A stretch of DNA of 64,000 nucleotides from Candidatus Latescibacterota bacterium (GCA_965205975.1 OZ242195.1:3200001-3264000); one strand, 5' to 3'. Shown: positions 18,452 through 29,325, numbered from the stretch's first letter. Translations and numbers: made by a program. Notes: a model not told the origin generated them from the letters alone.

Positions 18452-21364
18452 ATGTTACCCCGAATATTTTTTATCCTTTGTCTTATTCTCAGCATCCCCA
18501 TTTCGGCCTTTGCCCAACTCACGATTAGAGGCACAGTCACCGACGAGCGAGGCGAGGGCCTACTCGGTGCCAATATCATTGTCATCGGCACCACATCTGG
18601 CACCAGCACTGATGCCCAGGGCAATTTCGCGCTATATGTGCCAGAGCCAGAAGCGGAAACCACCATCGAAGCGCGTTTTGTAGGCTATAAATCCGCCAGA
18701 CAAACCATTCGCCAGAACAACGGACTTGCGGAAGTCTCTTTTCAACTCAGCGTAGATGCCTTGCAATTTGACGAAATCGTCGTCACCGGCCTTTCCGTTG
18801 CAACCAGCAAAAAACAACTGGGAAATGCCCTATCCACCCTGAACATTCGCCAATTGGAATCGACTGGCGCCACATCCCTCGACAAAGCCTTGACCGGTAA
18901 ATTAGCCGGTGCCCTCATTCAGCAAAATTCGGGTAACCCAGCTGGCGGCGTAACCATCCGTCTGCGCGGAACCGGTACCGTCCTGGGCGATGCCGACCCC
19001 CTCTATGTGGTAGATGGCGTCATTGTGAACAACGATTCCCCCGAACTCATCCGCCTGGGCGGTGGGGCGCAAAACCGCCTCATCGATCTCAACCCAAACG
19101 ACGTAGAACGCATTGAAATCGTAAAAGGCGCCGCTGCCGCAGCCCTCTACGGATCGCGTGCAAACAACGGCGTCGTACAAATATTTACAAAACGCGGCGC
19201 ACAGGGCAAGCCTCGCATAACCTATACCTCTCGTATTTCAACATCTAAAATACGCAAAACACTGCCTGTAAATCGGGCAACCGTTGACAATAGGGGAAAT
19301 AAAAATCCCGATGGCTCCGATGTGCAACGCTTTGACCATCAGGACTTCATCTTTAGACGCGCCGTGGGAATAGAGCACTATGCGTCGGTTTCGGGAGGGT
19401 CTGGCAATACCCGTTATTTTGCCTCTGGATCCTATCTCGCCGATCAAGGCGTGATTGAAAACACATTGTTTCGGCGGATTAGTGCCCGAACGCGCATTGA
19501 CCAGAATTTGTCGAACTGGTTGACCTTATCTGTAGGAGGAAATTTCGTATTTAGCAAAAGCAATGACATCCCCAACGGCGGGCTAAATTCAAACTACGGC
19601 GCAATGACAGGTTTTATTTTTGGTCCCAATACCTATAATCTCACACCCGACCCCGCGACCGGTGCTTATCCGGACGACGGCGTTCTCGCCAACCCCCTCG
19701 AAGTCATTGATCAATATGATTTCTCACAAGAAATCACGCGCTATATAGGAAACGCACGGATAGATGCAACCCCACTATCTGGATTGAGCATCGACTATAC
19801 TCTGGGCATCGATTCTTACGACCAGACAGCCATCGCATTTATCCCTACCGGCACCTCTGCGCCGGGCCTGGCAAATGGTCTTTCTCGAAGAGCCGTATTC
19901 GATTTTTTGCAACTCAACAACGACCTCAACATCAGATACCAGCGACATATATTTCCCAATGTACAATCAACCACGCGAATCGGCGGAACCCTGCAATACG
20001 AAAAAGGAGAAAACTTCAGCGCGGAAGCCAAAGATCTGAGTCCCGTTTCAGAAGTCGTATCGAGCGGTGCAAACGTCGTCGCGGGCGAATTTAGAAGCAA
20101 AAAGGCCATTTATGGCGGATTTATCCAGCAAACCTTTGGGATCGCCAACCGTCTTTTTGTCACGGCTGCTGCCCGCATCGACGCCTCCTCGGTCTATGAC
20201 GCGGATAATCGCTGGCAATTTTATCCAAAAGCGAGTGCCTCCTACCTCATTTCAGATACGGGCTTTTGGCAAAATAGCGCACTTCAAAACATCTTTCCAG
20301 ACTTCAAATTGCGGGCCTCCATAGGCACTTCAGGAGGTCAAACAGCCATTGGGCCGTATGACCGCCTGACCAATTACAATACATCCTCTTATAACGGCAA
20401 CCCCGGCCTGGTGCCCAGCACGCAACTCGGCGGAACGATCAAACCCGAAAGACAGCGGGAAATTGAAATAGGGACGGATTTTAGTCTCCTGTCCAATCGC
20501 CTGGGCATAGAACTGACCTATTACGATCAGCATATCGACGACTTGTTGCTATTCCGCACATTATCTCCCTCCACAGGTCACTCGCGTGCCCTGCAAAATG
20601 TCGGCACTATGGACAATACCGGGCTGGAATTCCTCGTGCGTGCCATTCCGCTTGCACGCCCCAATCTCCGCTGGGAATCGACCTTCACGTATTCGACCAA
20701 CAAAAACAAAGTCGATGGCATTGAGGGCGGGCGATTGATCATCCCAAATTCGTTTTCCCAGGTCTCGGCCATCAACGGCGAACCCCTCGGGGTTTTCTTC
20801 AGCACGGCTTTTGAACGCGATGCCCAGGGCAATATCGCAAACGACGAAAACAATCTCCCGATACAAGCGGCTGATCGCAAAATTATTGGAGACCCCAACC
20901 CGGACTTTACCACTTCATGGATCAATCAAATCGCCGTGGGGCAAAACTGGTCATTTCGCATGCAATGGGACGCCATCATAGGTGGCGATGTATTCAATTT
21001 TACCAGACGCCTGGCCGCATTGAGCGCATTCGGCGTTTTAACAGACTATGAACGCGAATTAAACGGCGAACTCCCCTCTGGCTATAATTCGCGGGTCTTC
21101 CGAATTTTTGAACAATGGATTGAAGATGGATCCTTTGTGAAATTGCGCGAACTATCCGCGTCTTATCGCTGGCAGCCCCAATTTTTGGGATTGAGCAGCA
21201 TTCAATTGAGCCTGATTGGACGCAATTTGCTTTCCATAGACGACTACAGCGGTTACGATCCGGAAACCAACATCGCTGGACAGCGCACCGCAGTGCGCGG
21301 ATTTGACTTCGTAGAAGTGCCCATCCCGCGCAGTATTGCATTCCGTATAAGTTTGAACCACTAA
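18452..21364 (+). CDS. SusC/RagA family TonB-dependent receptor
   Basis: Signal peptide, carboxypeptidase-regulatory-like N-domain, PLYVVDG, IEIVKGAAAAALYGSRANNGVVQIFTKRG. Confidence 0.93.
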   Translation: MLPRIFFILCLILSIPISAFAQLTIRGTVTDERGEGLLGANIIVIGTTSGTSTDAQGNFALYVPEPEAETTIEARFVGYKSARQTIRQNNGLAEVSFQLSVDALQFDEIVVTGLSVATSKKQLGNALSTLNIRQLESTGATSLDKALTGKLAGALIQQNSGNPAGGVTIRLRGTGTVLGDADPLYVVDGVIVNNDSPELIRLGGGAQNRLIDLNPNDVERIEIVKGAAAAALYGSRANNGVVQIFTKRGAQGKPRITYTSRISTSKIRKTLPVNRATVDNRGNKNPDGSDVQRFDHQDFIFRRAVGIEHYASVSGGSGNTRYFASGSYLADQGVIENTLFRRISARTRIDQNLSNWLTLSVGGNFVFSKSNDIPNGGLNSNYGAMTGFIFGPNTYNLTPDPATGAYPDDGVLANPLEVIDQYDFSQEITRYIGNARIDATPLSGLSIDYTLGIDSYDQTAIAFIPTGTSAPGLANGLSRRAVFDFLQLNNDLNIRYQRHIFPNVQSTTRIGGTLQYEKGENFSAEAKDLSPVSEVVSSGANVVAGEFRSKKAIYGGFIQQTFGIANRLFVTAAARIDASSVYDADNRWQFYPKASASYLISDTGFWQNSALQNIFPDFKLRASIGTSGGQTAIGPYDRLTNYNTSSYNGNPGLVPSTQLGGTIKPERQREIEIGTDFSLLSNRLGIELTYYDQHIDDLLLFRTLSPSTGHSRALQNVGTMDNTGLEFLVRAIPLARPNLRWESTFTYSTNKNKVDGIEGGRLIIPNSFSQVSAINGEPLGVFFSTAFERDAQGNIANDENNLPIQAADRKIIGDPNPDFTTSWINQIAVGQNWSFRMQWDAIIGGDVFNFTRRLAALSAFGVLTDYERELNGELPSGYNSRVFRIFEQWIEDGSFVKLRELSASYRWQPQFLGLSSIQLSLIGRNLLSIDDYSGYDPETNIAGQRTAVRGFDFVEVPIPRSIAFRISLNH

Positions 21365-21378
21365 GCGGAGAAAAGAAT

Positions 21379-22683
21379 ATGAAACCGAGTCGCCTGTATA
21401 TTCTCCCGGCATTGCTGCTCTTTTTTACACAAGGTTGTGATTTAAACATAACAAATCCAAACCAGGCAGTGGAAGAGCGCGTTTTAACCACCAGTGACGG
21501 CATTATCGCACTCGCCATTGGCATGCAACGAGATTACGCGAGTCAGAATGTCGATTCATACATTCGTCATCCAGCAATTACAAGCCGCGAACTTGCGGCA
21601 AATACCACCTTTGCCAACCTCATACAATTAGAGGATGGCCTCAATGCATTGTCTGGCGCGAACAGCGGTGTCAGCGCGATCTGGTTCGAATCATATCGCA
21701 TCATCGGAATAGCCAACGACTTGATCGAAAACGCGCCCAATGTGCAACTTTCGAAAGGTACGCGCAGCGGCATTATTGCACTATCTCAACTTTACAAAGC
21801 GATGTGCCTGGGATTCGTCGCACAGGCTTTTGAGCTTGCACCAACAGATGTACAGGCCGATGGACAAGCCCCTTTTGTGTCCCGGTCTGAAGTATTTGCC
21901 GAAGCGATTCAATTGCTGGACAACGCCCTTCAAACCATCGAGACCACACCGCCATCTGCGCAATTCAACGGAGATATCCTGGGGCAGGGATTCGACCTCT
22001 TAAATACGATTCACGCATATCGGGCGCGCTATAACCTATTCGCGGGAAATTATCCAGCCGCAATTGCAGCCGCCAATGCCGTCAATCCCTCGGCAACTTC
22101 TGTCTATACTTATGAATCCGAAAGCCAGAACCCCATCTACAACCAGGTCTTTGTTGCGGATGATTATGCGCCAAGAGACAATTTCGGAACGCGGGTCACA
22201 GACAGCAACGATGCGAGACTTGCATTTTATCTCATGCCAGACGACCGCCTGAGCAATCCCAACGCCTTGCCGATTGAAACACTATCCGGATTTTGGAACA
22301 CATCCACATCGCCTATCCCGGCATATTTGCCCGGTGAAATGGCCCTGATACGGGCAGAGGCAAGCGCAATGCTGGGAGATATCACAGGTGCAATCGCCGA
22401 AATAGACGCTATTCGAACAAAAACACCCGATCGTGATCCCCTTGGCATTGGGGCATCGCTACCACCCTACAGCGGTCCACAAACCGTCGAGGCCGTGACA
22501 GAAGAAATCTTTCGGCAGCGCAGAGCGGAATTATTCCTGAACGGTACTGGATGGGAAGACAGCAGGCGCCTCGGCCAGCCCGGTCCCTCATCCGACCCCT
22601 TTGAGCGAAATCGAAATTTCTATCCCTATGCTGACCAGGAGCGGTTAAACAACCCCAATACGCCTTCCGATCCCGCAAATTAG
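21379..22683 (+). CDS. SusD/RagB family lipoprotein
   Basis: Lipobox TQGC; EMALIRAEA, IFRQRRAELFLNG-x-x-W-x-D-x-RR; follows SusC. Confidence 0.9.
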   Translation: MKPSRLYILPALLLFFTQGCDLNITNPNQAVEERVLTTSDGIIALAIGMQRDYASQNVDSYIRHPAITSRELAANTTFANLIQLEDGLNALSGANSGVSAIWFESYRIIGIANDLIENAPNVQLSKGTRSGIIALSQLYKAMCLGFVAQAFELAPTDVQADGQAPFVSRSEVFAEAIQLLDNALQTIETTPPSAQFNGDILGQGFDLLNTIHAYRARYNLFAGNYPAAIAAANAVNPSATSVYTYESESQNPIYNQVFVADDYAPRDNFGTRVTDSNDARLAFYLMPDDRLSNPNALPIETLSGFWNTSTSPIPAYLPGEMALIRAEASAMLGDITGAIAEIDAIRTKTPDRDPLGIGASLPPYSGPQTVEAVTEEIFRQRRAELFLNGTGWEDSRRLGQPGPSSDPFERNRNFYPYADQERLNNPNTPSDPAN

Positions 22684-22703
22684 ACTTCTTCATAAAAAAA
22701 CAA

Positions 22704-22741
22704 AAACAGAGGGCTACGCAAAATAGCGTAGCCCTCTGTTT
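22704..22741. terminator. Bidirectional intrinsic terminator
   Basis: AAACAGAGGGCTACGC-AAAATA-GCGTAGCCCTCTGTTT perfect stem between convergent genes. Confidence 0.8.
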
Positions 22742-22770
22742 GGGAGAGAGTCTATATTCTTCGCAATATT

Positions 22771-25700
22771 TTAATCCGCCGCCTGCACCGGGTCATCCAT
22801 CCATGCCTCTGACCTCCGAAAACTCACCGCGGCAATCCGCTTCAATAACCCGCGCAAATCATCCAACAAAACGTAAAACAGCGGAATCACAAACAGCGTC
22901 AAAGCCGTTGACACAATCAGCCCGCCCATCATCGTAATCCCCAGCGGCGCGTAGGGCATCCCCATCATCGTACTGCTGCCAATCGCCATGGGCAACAACC
23001 CGAACACCGTCGTGCAGGTCGTCATCAAAATGGGGCGAAAGCGATTGTGACCCGCCGCCATAATTGCCGCCGCGCGATCCATACCCGCCTGGCGCAACCG
23101 ATTGATCATATCGACCAGCACAATCGCATTGTTGACCACCACCCCAATCAGCACAATTGCCCCCACATTCGACATAAAATCCATCGTCGTACCCGTCAAC
23201 CACAACCCCCAGTACACCCCCAAAAAAGAAAACGGAATCGAAAAAATCACAGCAAAAGGCAAAATAACCGACTCAAACAACACGCCCATCAACAAAAACA
23301 CAAAAACGACCGCCATAATCACAGCAAATGTCATCGCCTGGCTTTCCCTGCTGTATTGCGAATACCGCTCGCCCTTGTTCCACTCATACCCCCTCGGCAG
23401 CGTGAACCCCTCCATCACCCGATCAATCTCCTGATACAACCCTTCCACATCATCCTTGGTCGTATAAACGCGCACGCGCAACCGGTTGCGACCATTATGC
23501 CTGAAAATATGGCCTGGACCTTTGGTTATTTCAAAAGTTGCAAAACTCGACAACGGCAACTTTTCCCCCGTATCGGTCACAAACATAAAATTCTTCAACT
23601 GCGCCAGCGATTGCCGGTCGGATTCATCCAAAATCAGTTGCACATTCACCTCGTGATCATCCGTCTGAAACCGCGGCAACGTTGCACCGCGCAGTTGATA
23701 TGCCAGTGTGCGGCTGATCCGCTCTGCCGGAATACCGTGCTTTTTTGCCTGTGCGCGGTTCACGCGAATGCGAATCTCGTCTTTGCCAAACTCCAGGTCG
23801 CTTTGCAAACTCGTCACCGATGGAATCTGCTGCAACCGCCGCTCCACTTCCCCCAGCATATCTTCTAATTTTTCAAAATCAGGACCGTACAAATACACGC
23901 GCACATAGGGATCGCGCCCGCCCGAATTTCTGGATTCCACCGACACCCGAAACCCCACATAGCGCGGCACCTCCTTATTCAACTCGTCAATGATCTCTTG
24001 TCGCGTCATCCACCGCTCAATGGGAAAGCCAGTCAAATTGCATACCCAACGATACACAGCATACCACCACTCTTGATGGGGATCTTCCTCGAGATTCATT
24101 CGCAAATTGATATATCCGCGCCGAAAATACGTCATAACATTTTTGATCTTATACCTATCCCGCCGCTCATTCACATACACTTCCAGATCGGTCGCAATTT
24201 CATCCATCTCTTCCAGCGAAAAATTATTGGGACCATACATGCGAATGGTCACGCGATTAGAAGAAAAACGCATCTGATCGGTCTTCTTCACATTTTGATA
24301 TGGAAAATAAATGGTGGCAAACAAAACCAGCACCATGAGAAACGCATCTCGCCGATGGTGAATAACCCAGTTCAAACCGCGCCGATAAATGCGGCGGACA
24401 AAAGCGATGGACTTTGGATCTGACCGCACAACAGCATCGCCAAAGCGCTGGGCAGCCAGGGGAATAAACAACAGTGCCACAAACAGAGACGCCACCAGCG
24501 CAAACACCACGGGCATCCCAATTTTCGACAGCAAAAACTTCATATCAAAGCTGTCATTCATTAGCATCATCGGCAAAAACACCACCACAGTGGTCAGCGT
24601 CGCCATCGTAATCGCCAGCCCCACCTCGCTCGCCCCGTGGATAGATGCACCGCGCGGATCTTTACCCTCTGCCCGCAAGCGATAAATATTCTCCACAATC
24701 ACAATCGCATTATCCACCACCATACCCACCCCCACCATCAACCCCATCATCGTCAACAAATTGAGCGACCACCCCATAAAATAAAGCACGGTAATCGTCA
24801 TCATCACACACAGCGGAATGGACAGCGTAATCAGCGCCGTCATACGCAAAGCGCGCAGAAAAAACAACAACACCAGCGCCGCAAACAACCCGCCCCAAAG
24901 TCCCGTGACTTTCAAATTGTCCATCGAATCTTCTATCAACTTGCCCTCGCTGTAAAACAGGCGAAACACCGCAGGCGTATTGGCCTCAATCTCTTCCATT
25001 TTCATCACAATCCGCTTGCACAAATCGACAATATTCTCACCCGACTCCTTATATATATCCAGGCCCAGATTGCGCTGCCCATCCACGCGCCACACCCGCT
25101 CTCGCGGCGGCGCAGCATACACCACATCTGCCACATCCCTCAGGCGCACCTGCGTGCTGCTGTAACGGCTCTGAACAACAATATCCTCAATCTCCTTCAG
25201 ACTTTGATAATGCGCCAGGGATCGCACGTAAAATCGCTTACCTCCCTCCTGCACATGACCGCCAGACAGGGAAAAATTGTCCTGCTGCAACGACGCCACA
25301 AGCTCGTGGGTCTCAATACCGTGCGTTCGCAACCGCTCTTGATCCACCAGAATCAAAACCTCCTTATTCTCAAACCCCCACACACTGGTCTTCGCCACCC
25401 CATCAATCCGCTCAATTGGATCGAGAACATGGGTTTGAACCCATTGCTCCTTATCGACAATATCCTCCGGAATAGACAACCCCGTCCAGATCACCTCGGA
25501 ATCGGTTTCCTGATTCCACGAATACACCTTTATCTGATCGCGCACTTCTTCGGGCAAATCGAGCCTGGCGTGCTCGAGCCGATCTGCCACGCGAACATAC
25601 GCCTCGCGCATATCTGTGCCCCGGTGAAATTTCAACTCAACGCCTGCCCACGGATCGCCGGCAAAAGCGTAAATATCGCTGAGTTCTCTCACCGTACGCA

Positions 25701-25941
25701 TATGTCGTTCCATCGGCAGCGCAATGGTATTAAATCGCTCTTGAACCGACGCATTTTCTGTGGCCACATCCACCCAAAACCGATTCCAGTCATTGCCCGA
25801 CGCCCATGCCTGAATGGGAATGCGCCAATACGCCACCAGCCCAATCACCATCAACCCCACCAAACACATCGTCACCGTCACCGGCCGCGTCACCGAAATC
25901 CTGGGCAAAAGCGATGTTCTCTTCTCATTCTTCTCAGCCAT
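22771..25941 (-). CDS. RND efflux permease (AcrB/AcrD/AcrF family)
   Basis: 1056 aa; VDNAIVIVENI, NNAIVLVD, RFRPILMTT. Confidence 0.93.
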   Translation of the reverse strand: MAEKNEKRTSLLPRISVTRPVTVTMCLVGLMVIGLVAYWRIPIQAWASGNDWNRFWVDVATENASVQERFNTIALPMERHMRTVRELSDIYAFAGDPWAGVELKFHRGTDMREAYVRVADRLEHARLDLPEEVRDQIKVYSWNQETDSEVIWTGLSIPEDIVDKEQWVQTHVLDPIERIDGVAKTSVWGFENKEVLILVDQERLRTHGIETHELVASLQQDNFSLSGGHVQEGGKRFYVRSLAHYQSLKEIEDIVVQSRYSSTQVRLRDVADVVYAAPPRERVWRVDGQRNLGLDIYKESGENIVDLCKRIVMKMEEIEANTPAVFRLFYSEGKLIEDSMDNLKVTGLWGGLFAALVLLFFLRALRMTALITLSIPLCVMMTITVLYFMGWSLNLLTMMGLMVGVGMVVDNAIVIVENIYRLRAEGKDPRGASIHGASEVGLAITMATLTTVVVFLPMMLMNDSFDMKFLLSKIGMPVVFALVASLFVALLFIPLAAQRFGDAVVRSDPKSIAFVRRIYRRGLNWVIHHRRDAFLMVLVLFATIYFPYQNVKKTDQMRFSSNRVTIRMYGPNNFSLEEMDEIATDLEVYVNERRDRYKIKNVMTYFRRGYINLRMNLEEDPHQEWWYAVYRWVCNLTGFPIERWMTRQEIIDELNKEVPRYVGFRVSVESRNSGGRDPYVRVYLYGPDFEKLEDMLGEVERRLQQIPSVTSLQSDLEFGKDEIRIRVNRAQAKKHGIPAERISRTLAYQLRGATLPRFQTDDHEVNVQLILDESDRQSLAQLKNFMFVTDTGEKLPLSSFATFEITKGPGHIFRHNGRNRLRVRVYTTKDDVEGLYQEIDRVMEGFTLPRGYEWNKGERYSQYSRESQAMTFAVIMAVVFVFLLMGVLFESVILPFAVIFSIPFSFLGVYWGLWLTGTTMDFMSNVGAIVLIGVVVNNAIVLVDMINRLRQAGMDRAAAIMAAGHNRFRPILMTTCTTVFGLLPMAIGSSTMMGMPYAPLGITMMGGLIVSTALTLFVIPLFYVLLDDLRGLLKRIAAVSFRRSEAWMDDPVQAAD

Positions 25942-25985
25942 TTATATCCTCCGAATGGTATCCCATCTCTCACCTCTCACCTATA

Positions 25986-26014
25986 TAGACACACCCCAGA
26001 ACCATCCGGTTTTC
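25986..26014 (-). promoter_or_regulatory. Possible ECF-sigma-type promoter for the RND gene
   Basis: GAAAAC-N17-TGTCTA about 45 nt upstream of the ATG, just after a terminator. Confidence 0.3.
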
Positions 26015-26022
26015 TTTTGGGC

Positions 26023-26048
26023 AAAAAAAAATCCGCATATGCGGATTT
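26023..26048 (-). terminator. Intrinsic terminator
   Basis: AAATCCGC-ATAT-GCGGATTT followed by T run on the minus strand. Confidence 0.65.
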
Positions 26049-26122
26049 ATAAAAGTTACAGCGGGATTGGCGATATCAATGTCCAGAAATACGAGTCTCC
26101 TGCTTTCAAGAAATGTCTGGTG

Positions 26123-26440
26123 TTATTTGATCAGCAACCCAGCGACGGCACAGACCGCAATAACAGCAGCAATGACACAAGAAATTTGCCAATTGCGCGT
26201 GTTGCCAAACTCCTGCTTTGCCGATTGTATTTCTTGTTTTAGTTCATTCCGTAAGTCCCGAAACCCTGCATCCATTCTACTGTTGACGTCGTCGATCTTG
26301 TCAAACAAGCGATTTATAGCTTGTGTCAATTCGCTTTTGGTATTGTCAGAATCGGTTTGCATACGTTCAACGCGCTTGTCGAATTGGTCAAATTGCCCTT
26401 TGAGTTCTGCTTGTTCCTTTTCAACTGCTTCAATCGCCAT
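26123..26440 (-). CDS. Small coiled-coil protein with C-terminal transmembrane anchor
   Basis: Heptad-like F/V/M-D-x-R-F/V repeats, then hydrophobic tail; likely start ATG 26440. Confidence 0.6.
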   Translation of the reverse strand: MAIEAVEKEQAELKGQFDQFDKRVERMQTDSDNTKSELTQAINRLFDKIDDVNSRMDAGFRDLRNELKQEIQSAKQEFGNTRNWQISCVIAAVIAVCAVAGLLIK

Positions 26441-26583
26441 TTTGCCCTCTTCATCGAGTTTAAATTTAAGCACTTATAAGGCGTGACCTCTTCGACTATC
26501 TGATCGCCTCTTCGCAAAAATTACCCGATAAAGGTTACATTGTCCAGCGATATTTTGTTTATTGCACTCGCTTGCTATCCGCC

Positions 26584-26620
26584 ACTTCACCCTTCACCCT
26601 TCATCCTTCACCCTTCACAC
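26584..26620 (+). repeat. CTTCACC-type heptamer tandem repeat (similar array at 29314-29346)
   Basis: cacttcacccttcacccttcatccttcacccttcac. Confidence 0.8.
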
Positions 26621-26625
26621 TTCCT

Positions 26626-27426
26626 CTACGGCGTCCCTCTTCTCCCACCTCCATCCATATAAATCGAACTACCAAACACATAAGAACACGCCTCAGACGC
26701 CAAAAAAGTAACGACATTGGCGATCTCTTCAGGCTCGGCCATGCGTCCGGCGGGCAACTCCGCGCCCAGATCTTTGAGCACCGCCTCGACATCTCGCCCC
26801 TCGCGGTCTGCCCGCGCCCTTTGTTGCGAACGTGCCCGAGGCGTATTCGTCAGTCCCGGGCAAACCGCATTCACCAGAACACCATCGCCAGACACCGCAT
26901 CGGACAATGCGCGCGTCATATTCAAAATAATCGCATTTGCCGCCCCCGTCGGAATATTGCCCCGCGTAGGACTCGTACCCGCACCACCTGCAATATTGAC
27001 AATGCGCCCCCATCCATTTTCCCGCATCATCGGAATCACCAGTTGCGCCATCCGCAAATAACTATAGCTCTTCAACGCCAACGCCTCGCTAATCTGCGCC
27101 ACATCCAAATCCAAAATATCGGCATTGCGCGCAGCCCCCACATTATTGACCAGCACATCCACCCCTCCAAACGCGCCTATGGCCTCATTCACCACCACCT
27201 CGCAATTTTCTTCCCGCGTCAAATCGACCGCAATCGCATGCCCTTCCCCGCCCGCTGCATCGATCTCGGCAACCACCGCATCCAACGTCTCCCGTGTACG
27301 CGCCGCAATACACACACGCGCCCCTTCCCGCGCCAATGCCAGCGCGCAGCAACGCCCAATCCCCTGACTGCCACCCGTAACAACCGCCCGTTTTCCTCTC
27401 AATCCCAAATCCATCTCACACCCCAA
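26626..27426 (-). CDS. Short-chain dehydrogenase/reductase
   Basis: TGGSQGIG, LVNNVG, NAVCPG. Confidence 0.9.
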   Translation of the reverse strand: MGCEMDLGLRGKRAVVTGGSQGIGRCCALALAREGARVCIAARTRETLDAVVAEIDAAGGEGHAIAVDLTREENCEVVVNEAIGAFGGVDVLVNNVGAARNADILDLDVAQISEALALKSYSYLRMAQLVIPMMRENGWGRIVNIAGGAGTSPTRGNIPTGAANAIILNMTRALSDAVSGDGVLVNAVCPGLTNTPRARSQQRARADREGRDVEAVLKDLGAELPAGRMAEPEEIANVVTFLASEACSYVFGSSIYMDGGGRRGTP

Positions 27427-27432
27427 TTACTC

Positions 27433-27585
27433 ACTGACGTTACGCAGATCTGGCGTTTTGTCATGCTGAGCGGAGTGAAACGGAGCCGAAGCATCTGTTC
27501 CACCTGCGTCAGTAATAGATTTTTCGACTCCGCTGTGCTCCGCTCAAAATGACAGGCCCATTTGTGCATAATGCGTAACATTAGT
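27433..27585. mobile_element. MITE copy 1
   Basis: TIRs ACTGACGTTACGCA / TGCGTAACATTAGT; 5-bp direct repeat TACTC on both sides; internal GTCATGCTGAGCGGAG...CTCCGCTCAAAATGAC palindrome. Confidence 0.85.
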
Positions 27586-28364
27586 TACTCAATCTCCGAT
27601 CTAATCCCATCCCACTCCCGCCAAATATCCATAAACACATCCTTGCCATTCTTTTTTATATCTACATGCCTCGCCCTGAAAATCACGGCATATCGAATAT
27701 CTGGACACGCATTAATCGCCGCCGTATGAATAATCTGATGATGCGCCAAAATGAGGTCGCCAGGCTCACCGGTCAGTTGCACCGGCCCCTGGGGCACCGT
27801 CACATCGGGCATGTAATTCAACAAAATCTCATGCCCTTTTTCCCGAAACACATCCTCCATCACATGGTGTGACTTTGGCCAAACCGTAAAATTGCCGCAA
27901 TACGACGCGGGCACATCGTCCAGATACACCACAGCAAAAGCCGTAAAATCCCGGCTGTACCCACTCTCTTCAACTGTCCCCCTCAAAAAATCGCGCGCCT
28001 TTGCAATCCCATCCAGATGTCCACCCGTTCGCAATGGCGGACCCGCAGTCGCGAGTTGGGGATCTCTTTGCGGCGTCCCAACCCCCGCGGGAAAATTCAG
28101 CTTCACAGCACCGTGGCCCTGGCGCTGCAAATTCCCCTTGCCCATTGCCGATTCGAGCAATGGAAACACCGGCGTCTCGTTAAACATATCCGTAATCACC
28201 GGCATCGCGCGAACATCCGCAAAAGAACGCCTATCGCCCTTCCCAATCTCCGCATTAATCGCCTGTCGCGCCGCCGCCACCATCACCCCCGGCACAGCAC
28301 CCTCAATTTTCAAAAACCCTTCTCTGTAAAATTCCAACTTCTGCAATTTTGTCAATTCCATCAC
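27585..28364 (-). CDS. PhyH-family Fe(II)/2OG dioxygenase
   Basis: FYREGFL, HLD, VWPKSH, GDLILAH...H...N...R. Confidence 0.8.
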   Translation of the reverse strand: MMELTKLQKLEFYREGFLKIEGAVPGVMVAAARQAINAEIGKGDRRSFADVRAMPVITDMFNETPVFPLLESAMGKGNLQRQGHGAVKLNFPAGVGTPQRDPQLATAGPPLRTGGHLDGIAKARDFLRGTVEESGYSRDFTAFAVVYLDDVPASYCGNFTVWPKSHHVMEDVFREKGHEILLNYMPDVTVPQGPVQLTGEPGDLILAHHQIIHTAAINACPDIRYAVIFRARHVDIKKNGKDVFMDIWREWDGIRSEIE

Positions 28365-28418
28365 ACGCTCCTCACGGTGACCACAGACCCCAATCTATGG
28401 GAGTCCTCCATCAATCCT

Positions 28419-29279
28419 TCAATTCCACGACGTCACACCCAACAACTTCTCACCCAATTCCGTCAACTTCGCCGGCTTCTGCGTTTTGTGTTCCCAATCC
28501 CTCGGATCACCCGGCCAGCGGGGCGTGGGCCTGCAATCTCGCCATGCCTGAATGCGCTCTTCCCGCTCTGCCTCTCCTCGACCCTCTGCTGGCGACATCG
28601 TGATATACTGCGCCAGACGGGGCCTATTCGAACGGTTATGTCCATTGCCGTGTGCCAGCAACCGATGCCAGATCAAAAGATCGCCCGCCTTGCCCGGAAT
28701 TGACTTCACCTCCAGATCATCCAGATTGGGTCGCCTGGGATCGCGATCCTCTGGTTGCGTCTTGACCCACTCCTCAAAAATATTATTAAACCCAGGCACA
28801 CACTGAAACCCGCCCTGATCCTCTGAAGTATCCGTCAAATACAACACCCCCTGCACCCCAAAAGGCACTTTGGGCACAGACGTATCCGTATCCCAGTGAA
28901 TCATACCCTCATTTTGCCAATCGGGTTTATCCGCCCGCGAAGGCGGCTTCATATTCGCGCGATCCAGGGACACCCACAACTTCTCCGTACCCCAAATTTC
29001 GGAAAACGCCTGATGCAAGCGTGGATACTGTCTGTTATCCCACAATGCCTGATGCTGATAAATCTCCACCATCCCCGACGCCGCAATCATCGAACACGGA
29101 TTCCCGCGCGTATAGGGTTTGTACTTGTACCAATCCTCTTTATTATCGCGATCCATATCCAAAAATGTCCAGACCGCATCCACCATCGCATCCAAATTTT
29201 CCTGCGGCACCGCATTGTGTACCACCACATACCCATTCTCCCGCCAAAAATCCCAATCCTTCTCGCTCAAAACTGGCAT
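28419..29279 (-). CDS. PhyH-family Fe(II)/2OG dioxygenase
   Basis: ENGYVVV, HWD, GGFQCVPG, AGDLLIW...HG. Confidence 0.88.
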   Translation of the reverse strand: MPVLSEKDWDFWRENGYVVVHNAVPQENLDAMVDAVWTFLDMDRDNKEDWYKYKPYTRGNPCSMIAASGMVEIYQHQALWDNRQYPRLHQAFSEIWGTEKLWVSLDRANMKPPSRADKPDWQNEGMIHWDTDTSVPKVPFGVQGVLYLTDTSEDQGGFQCVPGFNNIFEEWVKTQPEDRDPRRPNLDDLEVKSIPGKAGDLLIWHRLLAHGNGHNRSNRPRLAQYITMSPAEGRGEAEREERIQAWRDCRPTPRWPGDPRDWEHKTQKPAKLTELGEKLLGVTSWN

Positions 29280-29325
29280 CTTTGTTCTCCTTTTCTTTGA
29301 AGTACTCCCCGCACCTTCACCCTTC

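Noticed and set aside
26123..26473. Prophage or holin indicated by the coiled-coil/TM protein
   Set aside because: No integrase, structural or lysis genes nearby.
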